DNA from: Eledone cirrhosa
Taxonomy: Eukaryota
Length of the DNA: 64,000 nt
NCBI GenBank assembly: GCA_964016885.1
Contig: OZ024741.1
Span: 35,464,001-35,528,000, forward strand
Direction: 5' to 3'
The notes beneath the pieces were generated by a model. That model searched no databases, had not been told where the DNA came from, and was given only the letters and a program-made list of their open reading frames with translations. This document shows, piece by piece, positions 1-11,186 of this stretch. A program made the translations under genes and the position numbers. The first letter of the stretch is position 1. Each line of letters starts with the position of its first letter.

Positions 1-350
1 GAGTCGTCAAACACCTAGGGTTCTGCACGTTGGAGAGTGTTCTCCCACATTGCCAGAGGCAGTGGAAACATTCCTGAATTGAGTGAAGGGGGGGGGGGGG
101 GGTCAAATTTGGCCAATTTAGTTGTAGTGATTAGTTTAGCTCTTTGCACTCTAAAATGGTCAGAAAAGTTCGATATAAACAAACATAACATGTATATAAA
201 TTGTAGCACATCTCTAGATGTGGGTTTTGATAATTTGGAGAGAAAATATAATTAAATAAAATTATGCTCTGTGCCCTTTCCTAAGGGGTTAATATATCGA
301 GCTTCTTCGCATTTGGTAAGAAACTGGTATTATACCCAATTTATTCATCT

Positions 351-409
<59 letters not shown>

Positions 410-421
410 ATAATAATAATT

Positions 422-592
422 GTTTCTACTTTTGGCACAAGGCCAGCAATTACCCAGTACATTACTGGTACTTTATTTTATCGACCTCTGTATGGATGAA
501 AGGCAAAGTTAACCTCAGCGGGATTTGAACTCAGATCGTAAAGGGACATAACTATGCTGGAAAGCATGTCCGACCCTCTACCGATACTGCCA

Positions 593-593
<1 letters not shown>
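422..593 (-). mobile_element. tRNA-derived SINE (octopus-type, Meta-domain-like core)
   Basis: Reverse complement shows A-box TGGCAGTATCGG, B-box GAGTTCAAATCC, core TTTGCCTTTCATCC..GGTCGATAAAATAAAGTACCAG and (ATT)n tail; same family recurs about 10 times in the window. Confidence 0.85.

Positions 594-677
<84 letters not shown>
594..677. repeat. (TAA)n microsatellite
   Basis: Perfect trinucleotide run. Confidence 0.98.
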
Positions 678-678
<1 letters not shown>

Positions 679-802
679 GTTGACGGGACTAGCATGAGTT
701 TCATTGCTAGTACCGGTTGCATCTCAGCGTACTCAATATGTAATAAAAATTCTAGAGTAGACACATAGTTGTAGTATATACTAGCAGAATAGCCCGGCAA
801 AG

Positions 803-970
803 CTGCTTTCACCCTTAACGGGATCTTCTGAAACTAAAAAAATCAATCTGTGAACGCAGAAGTAAATATTTTGAAAAACGTTGCAACCGAAGAAAAACAA
901 GAAGATGATACTTTGGTTCGTGAAGACGTTCCCTGGCAATGAACGGAAAATAGCGAAGATAATACGTCAG
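803..970 (-). mobile_element. Penelope pLTR/3'-end fragment (family of 15790-16050)
   Basis: Close match to 1218-1385 and 15833-16000, the latter being the 3' end of a Naiad-type element. Confidence 0.7.
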
Positions 971-1015
971 CAATGAGAACAATATTTGTCATAATATCGT
1001 AATGCTGACAGCCAG

Positions 1016-1105
<90 letters not shown>

Positions 1106-1185
1106 ATAATAAATGTGAAGACTAAAATCCGAAGAGGGCTCGATAAGGATTATATATATATAAAAATCCCGTAGAGCAAATATTT

Positions 1186-1568
1186 TAAGAACAGATTAAA
1201 ATTTAAGCAAAGAATCGCTGCTTTCACCCTTAACGGGATCTTCTGAAACTAAAAAAGAAATCTCTGGACGCAGAAGTAAATATTTTCAAAAAACGTTACA
1301 ACCGAAGGAAAACAGGAAGACGATACTTTGGTTCATGAAGACGTTCTCTGGCAATGAACGGAAATAAACGAGGATAATTACGTTGTTATGTGGAGCGAGA
1401 AGAACAATTTCTTGCAAAGACAAAAACACATTTATCGTCTTCCTGTTTTCCTTCGGTTGTAACGTTTTTTGAAAATATTTATTTCTGCGTCTACAGATTG
1501 ATTTTTTTTTTAGTTTCCCGTTAAGAGTGAAAGCAGCGATTGTTAGCTTAAACTGTAATCTGTTCTTA
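1186..1568. mobile_element. Penelope pLTR fold-back (arms 1186-1325 / 1433-1568)
   Basis: Arms are reverse complements; left arm carries degenerate hammerhead core CAGAAGA-tccc-gttaa-gggt-GAAA on minus strand. Confidence 0.7.
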
Positions 1569-1575
1569 TAATATA

Positions 1576-1670
1576 GGTTAACTTTGCCTTTCATCCTTAC
1601 GGGGTCGATAAAATAAAGTACCAGTAATGTACTGGGTAATTGCTGGCCTTGTGCTAAAAGTAGAAACAAT
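1576..1670 (+). mobile_element. SINE 3' half
   Basis: GGTTAACTTTGCCTTTCATCC...GCTGGCCTTGTGC..AGAAACAAT, matches 19377-19560. Confidence 0.85.
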
Positions 1671-1702
<32 letters not shown>

Positions 1703-1746
1703 GAACGGATTAGAGCAAACATCACGAGCGCTCTATCTCAAAATTA

Positions 1747-1782
1747 TTTTTGAAAAGCATTAGAAATGCGAAACCGGTAAAA
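1747..1782 (+). ncRNA. Minimal hammerhead ribozyme candidate (U3:A8 variant)
   Basis: ttt-TTGAAAA-gcatt-aga-aatgc-GAAA-ccgg-TA-aaa; stem I weak. Confidence 0.4.
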
Positions 1783-1892
1783 ACTTAAAACTAAAACTGA
1801 ATACTAACCAATATTTATTACTAATTTATACTCATTCCTAATTAAAGTATTTTTCACTGGGAAAAATTTGACAGCATTTTCTTTTCCTTTTA

Positions 1893-1943
<51 letters not shown>

Positions 1944-2123
1944 AAGTATATATCCCTACACGCAAAAAGCGTCTAGGGACACATGTATTGTCCAACCATA
2001 TGCCAATGTGGTTCAATGGCAGGTTAATAAATTAACGAGCCAGAACATATATAATCAAGGTTTAGCAAATAAGAAAAAGTTTCAAAATAAAATTTTAAAA
2101 ATTCACTGTACTCACTATGGTTA

Positions 2124-2208
2124 CCTTTACCGAATCGGTTTCGAGTCTCAAAAATAAATGGACAGTCCTTGCGGTCTTCCATTGCAAAGATAAACTCTCG
2201 TCAGAAGG
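2124..2208 (-). ncRNA. Type I hammerhead ribozyme, extended stem II
   Basis: Minus strand: cctt-CTGACGA-gagttt...agactc-GAAA-ccg-att-cgg-TA-aagg. Confidence 0.8.
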
Positions 2209-2435
2209 ATCTTTTCACTCGGAGAATATAAAATTCCCAAGTTCAAATTACGAACTGGCGCTATTCAAAATTGTTCCCGAGATGAGAATGAATGATATGG
2301 AAGCAATTCTGTCCAGTGCCGTGTGTAAAGATAGAAGCAGAGGCAGGGAGGTCAGTCTACTGCCACTATAACTAGCAGTAGTCAGAACGACCAAATTTTA
2401 TCTCGAATATATATATATATATATATATATATAAC

Positions 2436-2621
2436 TGTTTCTACTTTTGGCACAAGGCCAGCAATTACCCAGTGTATTACTGGTACTTTATTTTATCGAC
2501 CCCGTAAGAATAAAAGGCAAAGTTAACCACGGCGGGATTTGAACTCAGATAATAAAGGGATGTAACTATATGCTTCAAAGCATGGTGTCCGACTCTCTAC
2601 CGATACTGCCAATCCACCGCC
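2436..2621 (-). mobile_element. SINE, full length
   Basis: Same A/B boxes, core and tail as 422-593. Confidence 0.88.
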
Positions 2622-3129
2622 CTATATATATATATATATAACATTCATTTATTATGGCTATTGGTGAGCTTTAATACTCTAAAGTTTCACCTACACACTC
2701 ACTGGATCACCAGTTTTGTCTTGTGAGTGCGCAGGTGAGATTCCAGAGTAACAAGGCTTAGCCATAATATATCAATATTTAAACTCTACATCGGTATTGA
2801 GTTAATTGAGCGGTATTACGCTCAGGTCTTGAATAATCGTCCCCATCCCCTACTTATTAATTTGTCAGATTTTTTCCACCTACCTCCACCCAACGCTTAT
2901 TAAATTTTGTTAATCTATCTCCGGTGAAATTTTATTGTAAGTGATTCATACTGATACAGTAGCTGGAGAATCCAATAATTATTTTATTTTACATTAAAAA
3001 ACATTATATATGACAAAAATAGAAAATTACAAGAAACCTCATATTTACGAGCGTTCACTATACTATTACGGATCGCCCCCACCCCACCCTTGATTGCCAC
3101 ACCTGTTATTTGGGACCGGAGAGTACCTC

Positions 3130-3871
3130 CAAACTCGCCTCCTCTCTATGTCTATCACTCAAAACTCTCTTTTAACCCCTCTCTGTATCTACTAAAACCA
3201 AACTCTACCCCTCTCTATATCTACCACGACATCGCCTCTCTTATCCCACTCTCTATATCTAAGGCTAATACACGCACTCACTCTCTATAAATAAATCTAT
3301 AAATCTCTGTATATCAATCTCTGTATATCAATCACCCCTAAACTCTCACCCTTTTTATATCTTCTGCACGTCACTCTCCCATTATCCATCTCTGTATATC
3401 TACAACCACAAAATTCTACCCCTCTCTATATCTACTGCACGGTACTCTCTTCCAACCCCCTCTCTATGTCAATTAACATCAATCTCTTCCCTTCTCTATA
3501 TCTACCGTATACCACACTCTCTCATTCTCTCTCACTCTATCCATCACTACAAAACTCTCCCCCTCTCTATATTTATCAATACCTACTCTATCAATCCTCT
3601 CGCTCTATTCATTACCACCAAACTCTCCCACTCTCCCAATCCCCCCCTCTATATCAATTAACACAAAACTCTGCTCTCTCTATATCTACTACACAGAACT
3701 CTCTCCCAATTTCCCCCTCTATATCAATTACCACCAAACTATCCCCTTCTCTATAGCTATCATACAACACTCTCTCATTCCCTCACTCTATCCATCACTA
3801 CCAAACTCTCCCCCTTTCTATTACTACCATACAACACTCTCTCCCAGTCCTCCTCTCTATATCAATTACCA
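3130..3871. repeat. Degenerate pyrimidine-rich minisatellite (left part)
   Basis: Recurring CTCTCTATATC(T/A)A..ACCACCAAACTCTCCC motifs; resumes at 9158-9330 after the Tx1 element. Confidence 0.8.
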
Positions 3872-4072
3872 CTTGATATAGACGTGAATTACTTCGCTCC
3901 GGATTTTTACGGATTATTGTAAAGAAAACTGTGAGTTCATTGCTCAATTTAATAGCATTTTTTAGTTAACCCCTTGCCTGGGCCTGCAGACGTTGAGTCA
4001 ACTAATTTTCGCCTCTTTCTGGGGCGAAATTTTCATTTTCATCTCAAAACTGTGTAGACTTGGTAGTCAGCA

Positions 4073-5436
4073 ATGGATGCCATTTCCACCCCGCACACTG
4101 TCGTGAGTGCCACGCCCACTAAGAAAAGTGGTGGAGGGAAGGTAGGAGTACAAAGCTTGCAGCCTTCCCCCCTCGCATTATCGAAAAACGTTGAAAATAT
4201 TGAAACCACGAAACCAAACCCGGTGAATAATACCAGCACCAACAACAAGAACAATGACAATAACACCACAACCAACAACTGCAATAATAGCAACACCAAG
4301 GAAAACATGAACAATATTACCAACAACAGCAGCAACAAAATAGACAACAACACCAAAACAACATTCGCACAGACTGTAAAAAAAAAACGAACTATATACG
4401 CTAATAGACATAACAAATGCTAAACAACTATTACAAGACGCAAAACAATTCGTGACTTTTGGCGAAAACGGTGCTTTTAACATCAATTCTCCACAGGAAT
4501 TACGTAGAGAGGCTGTCCTGAAAACTGTGGTTTTCAGGACAATATCGAACGAAACAAGAAAACCAGCTCAATTATCACAAAATGAAATTGAATTGGTTCT
4601 AAAAGATGCAATGAAGGACATAACCTTCATACAAAAAGGTAAACTGTTTGGTAGCATTTCGGTGCTAATGAACAACCAGTCAACAGCACAAAAGTACTCG
4701 GTATCACTCATTGTGTCCCCCCGCTTCACCTTTTTCCCCCACATACAGGGGAAAAGGGACACAAAGAATAAAAATAATGAGTATCACACCAAATGTAAAT
4801 ATTTGGTGGATACTATGTGGAATCATTGACTTTGATGAAGACAAGATAATTTCAATAGGAAAGTCCTCCGGAGATGTATTTGGTGGGACCAGCGTAGAAG
4901 TTCTGATGCAAATGAGCCCAGAACGAATAGCGAATATCCCACAACGCGTGCCTCTGGACGGGCTAACTTATATAAACATTTCAGTGGAGGGAAGGCGGCC
5001 GTCATGTTACCACTGCTTAAGAACAACAAACAAAAACTAACATAACACAACAAAAACTCTATACATACATTAACAAGAACAATAAAACGTTGATGAAAGC
5101 AATAGAAAATAACCCTTCGGTGGAAACCGAAGGGATCACTTTCACCTACGCAGCGAACAAACCGCACCTAATGATGATTAGGGTCCCAACGGAAACCTAT
5201 GTAACTTTGAAAAAGAACCATCCAATGCATGTGGGGACCAACTGCACCAAACCACTTAACCACGTCCTATTGAGATGCTTCCCCACCCCAAACCAGGCAC
5301 CCACACCCCACCAAACACCCTAATCCCACCACACACTGATGTCCTCACCCCACCACAAACCACCACCCCACCAAACAACCCTTCCAACACCCCCATGGAA
5401 ATTGTGCAGCCTGGTCCCCAGGAGACGAAGAGTTAA
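4073..5436 (+). pseudogene. Tx1 ORF1 (Asn-rich N-terminus, putative RRM-like region, partial zinc knuckle), frameshifted
   Basis: ORF pieces 4073-4423, 4452-4829 and 4711-5040 join via slips in A and C runs; VEGRRPSCYHC resembles the Tx1 ORF1 knuckle start; lies directly upstream of ORF2. Confidence 0.7.
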
Positions 5437-5478
5437 GTAATTTCCTTTCCTCTTCCTTTTTAACTCTTCAGCAACAAC

Positions 5479-8400
5479 ATGGCCAATATAAGAGTTGGAT
5501 GTGTGAATGCACGCGGCCTGGGGATGTCCTGGAAACAGGGCAAACTCTTAAATGACCTCAGGTCGCACAGAGTGGATGTAATGGTTATTTGCGAGTCCAG
5601 GATCAGCAGTGAGCGCCAACTGGCCCCCATCTTCGACGACTTTGAGATCTACGCATCTCTCTGTCAGCCGAGGGGTGGGGGGTGGGGTTGTCATTCTGCT
5701 GCGAAAATACCTGGGTCTTGCCACACAGAAGGTACACCTGGACCCAGAGAGTCGACTGGTGGTTTTAGACGTCGGCAGTGGTGAAGGTGGAGCTTTCAGG
5801 CTGGTGGCAGCGTATGCCCCATCTGGGACACCGCGACCGAACTTCTTCCGACGCCCGGAGAATTTCCTGGGAACGTCTCGCTCCTTGCTTTTAGTGGGGG
5901 ACTGGAATGGTATCCTGGATGCACGTTGGGACTATGTAGGGGCATGTCCCGATAGAGAGGGGTGTAACAGCCTCAAACGATTAATCGGCCGATTTCATCT
6001 GGCCGATAGATATCGACTGGATTTTCCGACTGTGCCACGGTGGACGTGGAGTAATCGCAGCGGAACATCTAGGTCGTACATAGATAGGTTCCTAGTTAGA
6101 AATAAGGATAGGGACATATTAAGCTGTCCACGAATGTTCATGGTTGACTATTCGGATCACAAGTTGGTGACCGAAGTGGTCAACCTTGATAGAACTCATA
6201 GACAGGGACCCGGTTACTGGAAGCTAAACTTGTCTTTGCCGACAAACAAAGCTTACAGTAAGCGGATTAGCACACTAGTTAAGCAGCGTTTGACGGGGGC
6301 AATTGTCAACAACAGGTGGTGGGGCTCTCTCAAGAGAGAAATTAGAATAGAATCGATAGGTTTTAGTCGGGAATTAGCATCAGATAGGAATAGAACTGAA
6401 AGGGGATTAACAAATAGAGTAGAAGAGGCGATTAGGAGTGGCAACGTGGCCGGCGTGCTGGCGTCAAGAACGGCCCTAGACCAGTTCTTTGATGCGAAGC
6501 ACGAGGGCTGCGTTGTCAGGAGTAAAATACGTGCTCTGGGTAACGTGGGAGCCAAAGCTGTTAGCTGGGCCCGAGTGACAGAGGCAAAAAGTGGAAACAA
6601 GTCCACGATTCGGTCTTTGAAGGACCAGGATGGATGCGTGATCCTTGAACCTGAGCCGATGAGCGCGGCCTTTCAACGGCGCTTTGCACGACTGTTCGGG
6701 AGGGGCGGCGGGCCGGGTGGGGCCATGGATTTCGGTTCATACCTCGACGGTCTGGCGCAGCTCTCGGACGGGGAGGCGAAGTCCTGCGTGAGGCCGATTT
6801 CAGCCGCTGAAATAGGGGAAGCGCTGAGCCAATGCGGCAAACGCAAATCTCCGGGTCTCGATGGTCTACCATACGAACTTTATGTAGCGATGCCGGGCTT
6901 GTTCTCCGGTCTCCTCGAGGCGGTCTACTGCAACTGGCAACAGAACGGGAGAATTCCCAGTTCTGTGACCAAGGGCGTAGTCACGCTGGTGAGGAAGGAC
7001 GAAAACAAGGGGGATGACATAGATAACTTCAGGCCCATAACTCTGCTAAACACAGAGTTAAAGATTTTGGCCAAGCGTTAGCGAAGAGGTTGGCGCTTGT
7101 CGTCGGGAACCTGGTGGGAGAAGCGCAGACATGCGCAATCCCGTCCAGGTCCATACACGACAACCTCCACCTCATGCGATACATCATAGAGAGGGTAGGG
7201 TGTAAACCCGGCTTTGGTGGGGCCCTGATCAACTTGGATTAATCTAAGGCGTTCGATAGGGTTGACCATCGGTACCTGGATGCGGTGCTCGCGGCGGCAG
7301 GCTTCGGACCCGTTTTCAGGGGCTGGATTGCTGCAATGCACAGCAGCAACACCTGCTCGAGGGTCAAGGTGAACGGCTACCTCTCGGAGCCGTTCCAAAT
7401 CACGCGATTCATTCGACAGGGATGCCCTCTCTCCTCCCTCCTGTATGTGCTGGCTCTCGAGCCACTACTGCGGAAGCTGGAGCTGTTGCAGGGCATCCCC
7501 TTGGAACCGGGATTGCGGAAAGCGGTGTCGGCCTACGCCGATGACGTGACAGTAATGGTGTCGTGCGCCTCGGAAATCGGGCAGATCGGCACCTTACTGG
7601 AGGAATATGAAAGGTTCACAGGAGCCAAGCTGAACCGGGACAAGTCCGTCGGTTTGTAACTCGGGACGTGGAGGGGCAAAACGATGCCCTCCGACGGCAT
7701 CGTCGGACGCTGGACGGAGGGACCGGTGAAGCTGCTCGGGGTCTGGTTCGGACCGGACCTCCAAGTGGAGAAAAACTGGGACGAGGTAACGGGCAAGGTG
7801 TTTGCACTCGCCCAGAAGTGGGCCGAGTGCAAACTATCCCTGAAAGGTCAAGCGGAGGTGGCGAACGCTTATATAGCGTCCGTCATCTACTACCGCTTGA
7901 CCGTCGTGCCTTGCCCAGAGAAAACACTCGCCAAAATGGAGCGCGCGCTCTTCCGATTTCTTTGGAAGAAGCGGGCTCCTTTGGTGAGAAGATCCATCTG
8001 CTGTTAACACCCTTCGAACGGAGGGCTGGGGATGCTGTGGCTGACGATGCGTAGACACGCATTAAGGCTACGGCTCCTCCAGGTATTCCTCACCGGTCAG
8101 CCGGTGTGGGCCCTGTTTGTGAGGCGAGCCTTTCCGAGACTCGTCTCACTCACCGAGCTGCAATCCTGGGTCAAGCAAAGACCGAGAAAAGTGGGCGACT
8201 GGCACATTGAATGTGCCCAGGCGCTCACGGCCCTCTGGCAAGCGGATCCGGCAATCAGTGGAGACTCAACCTCAACATTCTATAGAGGGTTGGTGCGCAG
8301 TAAGTGCGACGACGCTCTCGGAGAGGCTCTGGGCATGGAGGAAGACGAGCTGGCCAGTCTGTTCGGTAGGACGTTTGGCTCGGGACCGATGGACAACTTC

Positions 8401-8916
8401 CAAAAGTCCCTGGCTTGGCAATGTTACCGAGGAGCTCTACCCGTTCGGGACAAGATCTACAGACACGGGCACCCGGGTAGGGACCCCTCGAAGAAGATCT
8501 GTCCAAGATGCGTGCGTGACGAGGAAACCGTCGCACACGCATTCGTACACTGCCCGGGCGTTGCTGACCTGTGGGGCTATGTAGAACGACTACTGTCGCG
8601 GGTGGGACCAATCCGGTTGACCACCGAGAACATTGTCACGATCAAACCGCCTCCCCCTTTCAAAAACGAAGGAGAGGCGGTTTTCCTCTGTGTGATAGCC
8701 ATGGCGAAAGAAGTTGTATGGTGGACAAGGTTGAAAGGGCTGAGGTCAGACACCTTTCTCTCCGGCCAACAACTGGTCTTTTTTTTCAAGTACTACTTTA
8801 GAAGAAGGATCAGAATGGAGAGAGAGGTGCTCTACCCCAGCAAATTTTATGAAAGATGGGTGAAAGTAGCGAGAATGGCCCGAGTGAATGGGCCTTCTCT
8901 CTATATCAACCTGTAG
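5479..8916 (+). pseudogene. Tx1 ORF2: APE endonuclease, reverse transcriptase, zf-RVT; frameshifts and stops
   Basis: Motifs VNARG, GDWN, SYIDR, SDH, KSPGLDGLP, FRPITLLN, KAFDRVDH, RQGCPLS, YADD, CPRC..ETVAHAFVHC. Confidence 0.95.
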
Positions 8917-9157
8917 GTGAGAGAGGAGAAGAATGAGAAGAGGAAGGAAGCACCCGCTCTTTGTGCTCCTGAAGAGGAGGGTTGCACATTTTTTCGGGGG
9001 TGTGTGCGACCCATGTCAACGCCCCTCCCTATTGAGGACATCGATTGTTAAATTTAATTTGTTATATGTTTTTTACACGTCTTTTTAAATGTATGTAAAC
9101 TCCCCCCTTTGTATTTGTCCCAATCTTTGATGCCCTGGTGGCAAATAAATAGAAATA

Positions 9158-9330
9158 TATATCTACTACACGGTACTCTCTTCAAATCCCCCTCTATATA
9201 TCAATAAACATCAATCTCTCCCCCTCTCTATATCTAATATAAAACACACTCTCATAACCCACCTCTCTAAATCAAATACCACCAAACTCTCCCCCTCTCT
9301 ATATCTATATCTATCTCTCCCATCTGTCTC
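9158..9330. repeat. Degenerate pyrimidine-rich minisatellite (right part)
   Basis: ATCTACTACACGGTACTCTCTTC matches 3430-3452. Confidence 0.75.
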
Positions 9331-9565
9331 TATACATCATGTACATAAATTGAGGCACATATACAAATAGATGTTTCTTTTGGTAGTTTGTGGAGAAAAA
9401 TATCATTATTGGGGACCATGGCCTCTCTGGCTCTCCCAGTTCCACTGCCCCTCATTGCCTGGTATATATCAATGTGGGAGCCATGATGCTGATCCGTTAA
9501 TTTTGCACGTTATTATGTAATTAACAAACATTACATTTGTTGAAGCTGTTTTACTAGCAACTTAG

Positions 9566-9880
9566 GGAGGTGGATTGGTAGCATCCGTAGAGCGTCGTCG
9601 GACATTATGTTGTGTGGCATATAGTTACGGCCCTTTACATTCTGACTTAAAATCTCCCCGAGGTTAGCTTTGCCTTTCTTCCTTACGGGGTCGATAACAT
9701 GAAGTAATGCACTGAGGTCGATAAAATATAGCACCATGTAATGCACTGAGGTCGATAAAATATAGTACCAGTAATGCACTGAGGTCTATAAAACATAGTA
9801 GCAGTAATGCACTGAGGTCGATTTAATCGACTTTCTACTCCCGCCAACATTGCTGGCCTTGTGCCTAAATCATAAACCAT
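9566..9880 (+). mobile_element. SINE with internal ~33-35 bp tandem amplification
   Basis: SINE head and tail; GTAATGCACTGAGGTC(G/T)AT occurs four times at 9704-9822. Confidence 0.82.
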
Positions 9881-10167
9881 TATTTCTCTCAACTTCTCTT
9901 TATTTGGCAAGCCTATTAGTTCATCGATACATATTGAAACAACCTTGCAAAGGATTCCTATTTAACCCTTTTGATATCAACTCAGCCAAAGCCGCCCCTG
10001 GTTCTATGAAACAAAACACCCCATTTTAGATTATCCCTATCTAACCCTTTTCATTCCAACCCAACCAAAAACCACCTCTGGGTTTGTGAAGAAAACATAC
10101 TCATTTTAAAGGGTTCCTAATTAAATTAAAATCTTCTAGAATAATTTTAAATAAGAACTATATGTTG

Positions 10168-10290
10168 GAGGCGGCTACTTGGCAGTGTCGTTAGAAAGTC
10201 GGATTGACTGCTTTGCGATATTCGTTCCACCTCTCTGAGCTCAACACCCACCGAGGTCAACTTTGCCTTTCATCCTTTCAAGGTCGTTAG
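10168..10290 (+). mobile_element. Older SINE 5' part
   Basis: TTGGCAGTGTCGTTAG ... CCGAGGTCAACTTTGCCTTTCATCCTTTC. Confidence 0.7.
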
Positions 10291-10663
10291 AACAGCATGT
10301 TGGGGACTATTCTTTTTCTGTAAATCTTTCTCAATTCCTTTCCATCATTCTCTCTCTTGCTCTCCTTCTCTGGAAGAAATCAGCTGTGTTCAAAACTGGA
10401 GAGGATGGTGGGTTTCACCATGTATAAAAAAAATCCTCGAGGCACACTGTATGTCACTACGACGCCCCTAAGACTCCATTATGTTATGTTACTATCTTAG
10501 TAATGAAATAATTAACAATATTGATAAATCCCTCAAAATTCTTCTTTCATTAATTTAAATACACTGTATTTCATTGGAAATGCAGCCAGGAATGGGATCT
10601 CAAAGTCTGATGACCTCACAAACGAAAGCATAGTAAAATTATTATTATTATTATTATTATTAT

Positions 10664-11115
10664 GAGATAGTATGGTGGACACGTTTGAAAGGGCTGAAGA
10701 CGAGCACTTACCTCTTCGGTGATGCCCTGATTAACTTTTTCAAATTTCATTTGAAAAGGAAAATCAGGGTAGAGAGGGAAGTGCTCTCTTCCCAGCATTT
10801 TGTTGAAAGATGGGTGAGAGAAGCAAGTATGGCCCGAATGAATGGGCCTTCTCTGAGTATGTGTCTGTAAATTAAAGGTGGAAAACTGGGAGAGGGCACT
10901 TGCCCTGGTGGTCAGGGCCACTGTGGTCTTTTAATGGGCTTTCTCCACAAATGTCCCTCGGAAGTCTCCCCCCTATTGGGGAATCTTTCTTTGTTATTTT
11001 ATTTCATCCGCTGTTTTTTTTTTACACGCAGAAATGCCCATTTGTACCGTCCTGTATTGTCCTGTACTGTCCTTAATGTCTACTTTATGTAAACCCTTGT
11101 GGTTAATAAAGAAAA

Positions 11116-11116
<1 letters not shown>
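10664..11116 (+). mobile_element. Tx1 3' fragment (second family) embedded in (TTA)n
   Basis: EIVWWTRLKGLKTSTYL...MARMNGPSLSMCL is homologous to the ORF2 C-terminus at 8700-8916; AATAAA at 11105; (TTA)n on both sides. Confidence 0.9.

Positions 11117-11186
<70 letters not shown>

Larger units (their letters stand above)
3872..9157 (+). mobile_element. Near full-length L1/Tx1-clade LINE (decayed)
   Basis: 5' UTR, ORF1, ORF2 with APE endonuclease + RT + zinc finger, 3' UTR with AATAAA at 9144; flanked on both sides by the same minisatellite. Confidence 0.93.

Noticed and set aside
9960-10160. piggyBac-like MITE (TTAACCCTTT start, duplicated ~75-bp block)
   Set aside because: No matching right terminus or TSD could be identified
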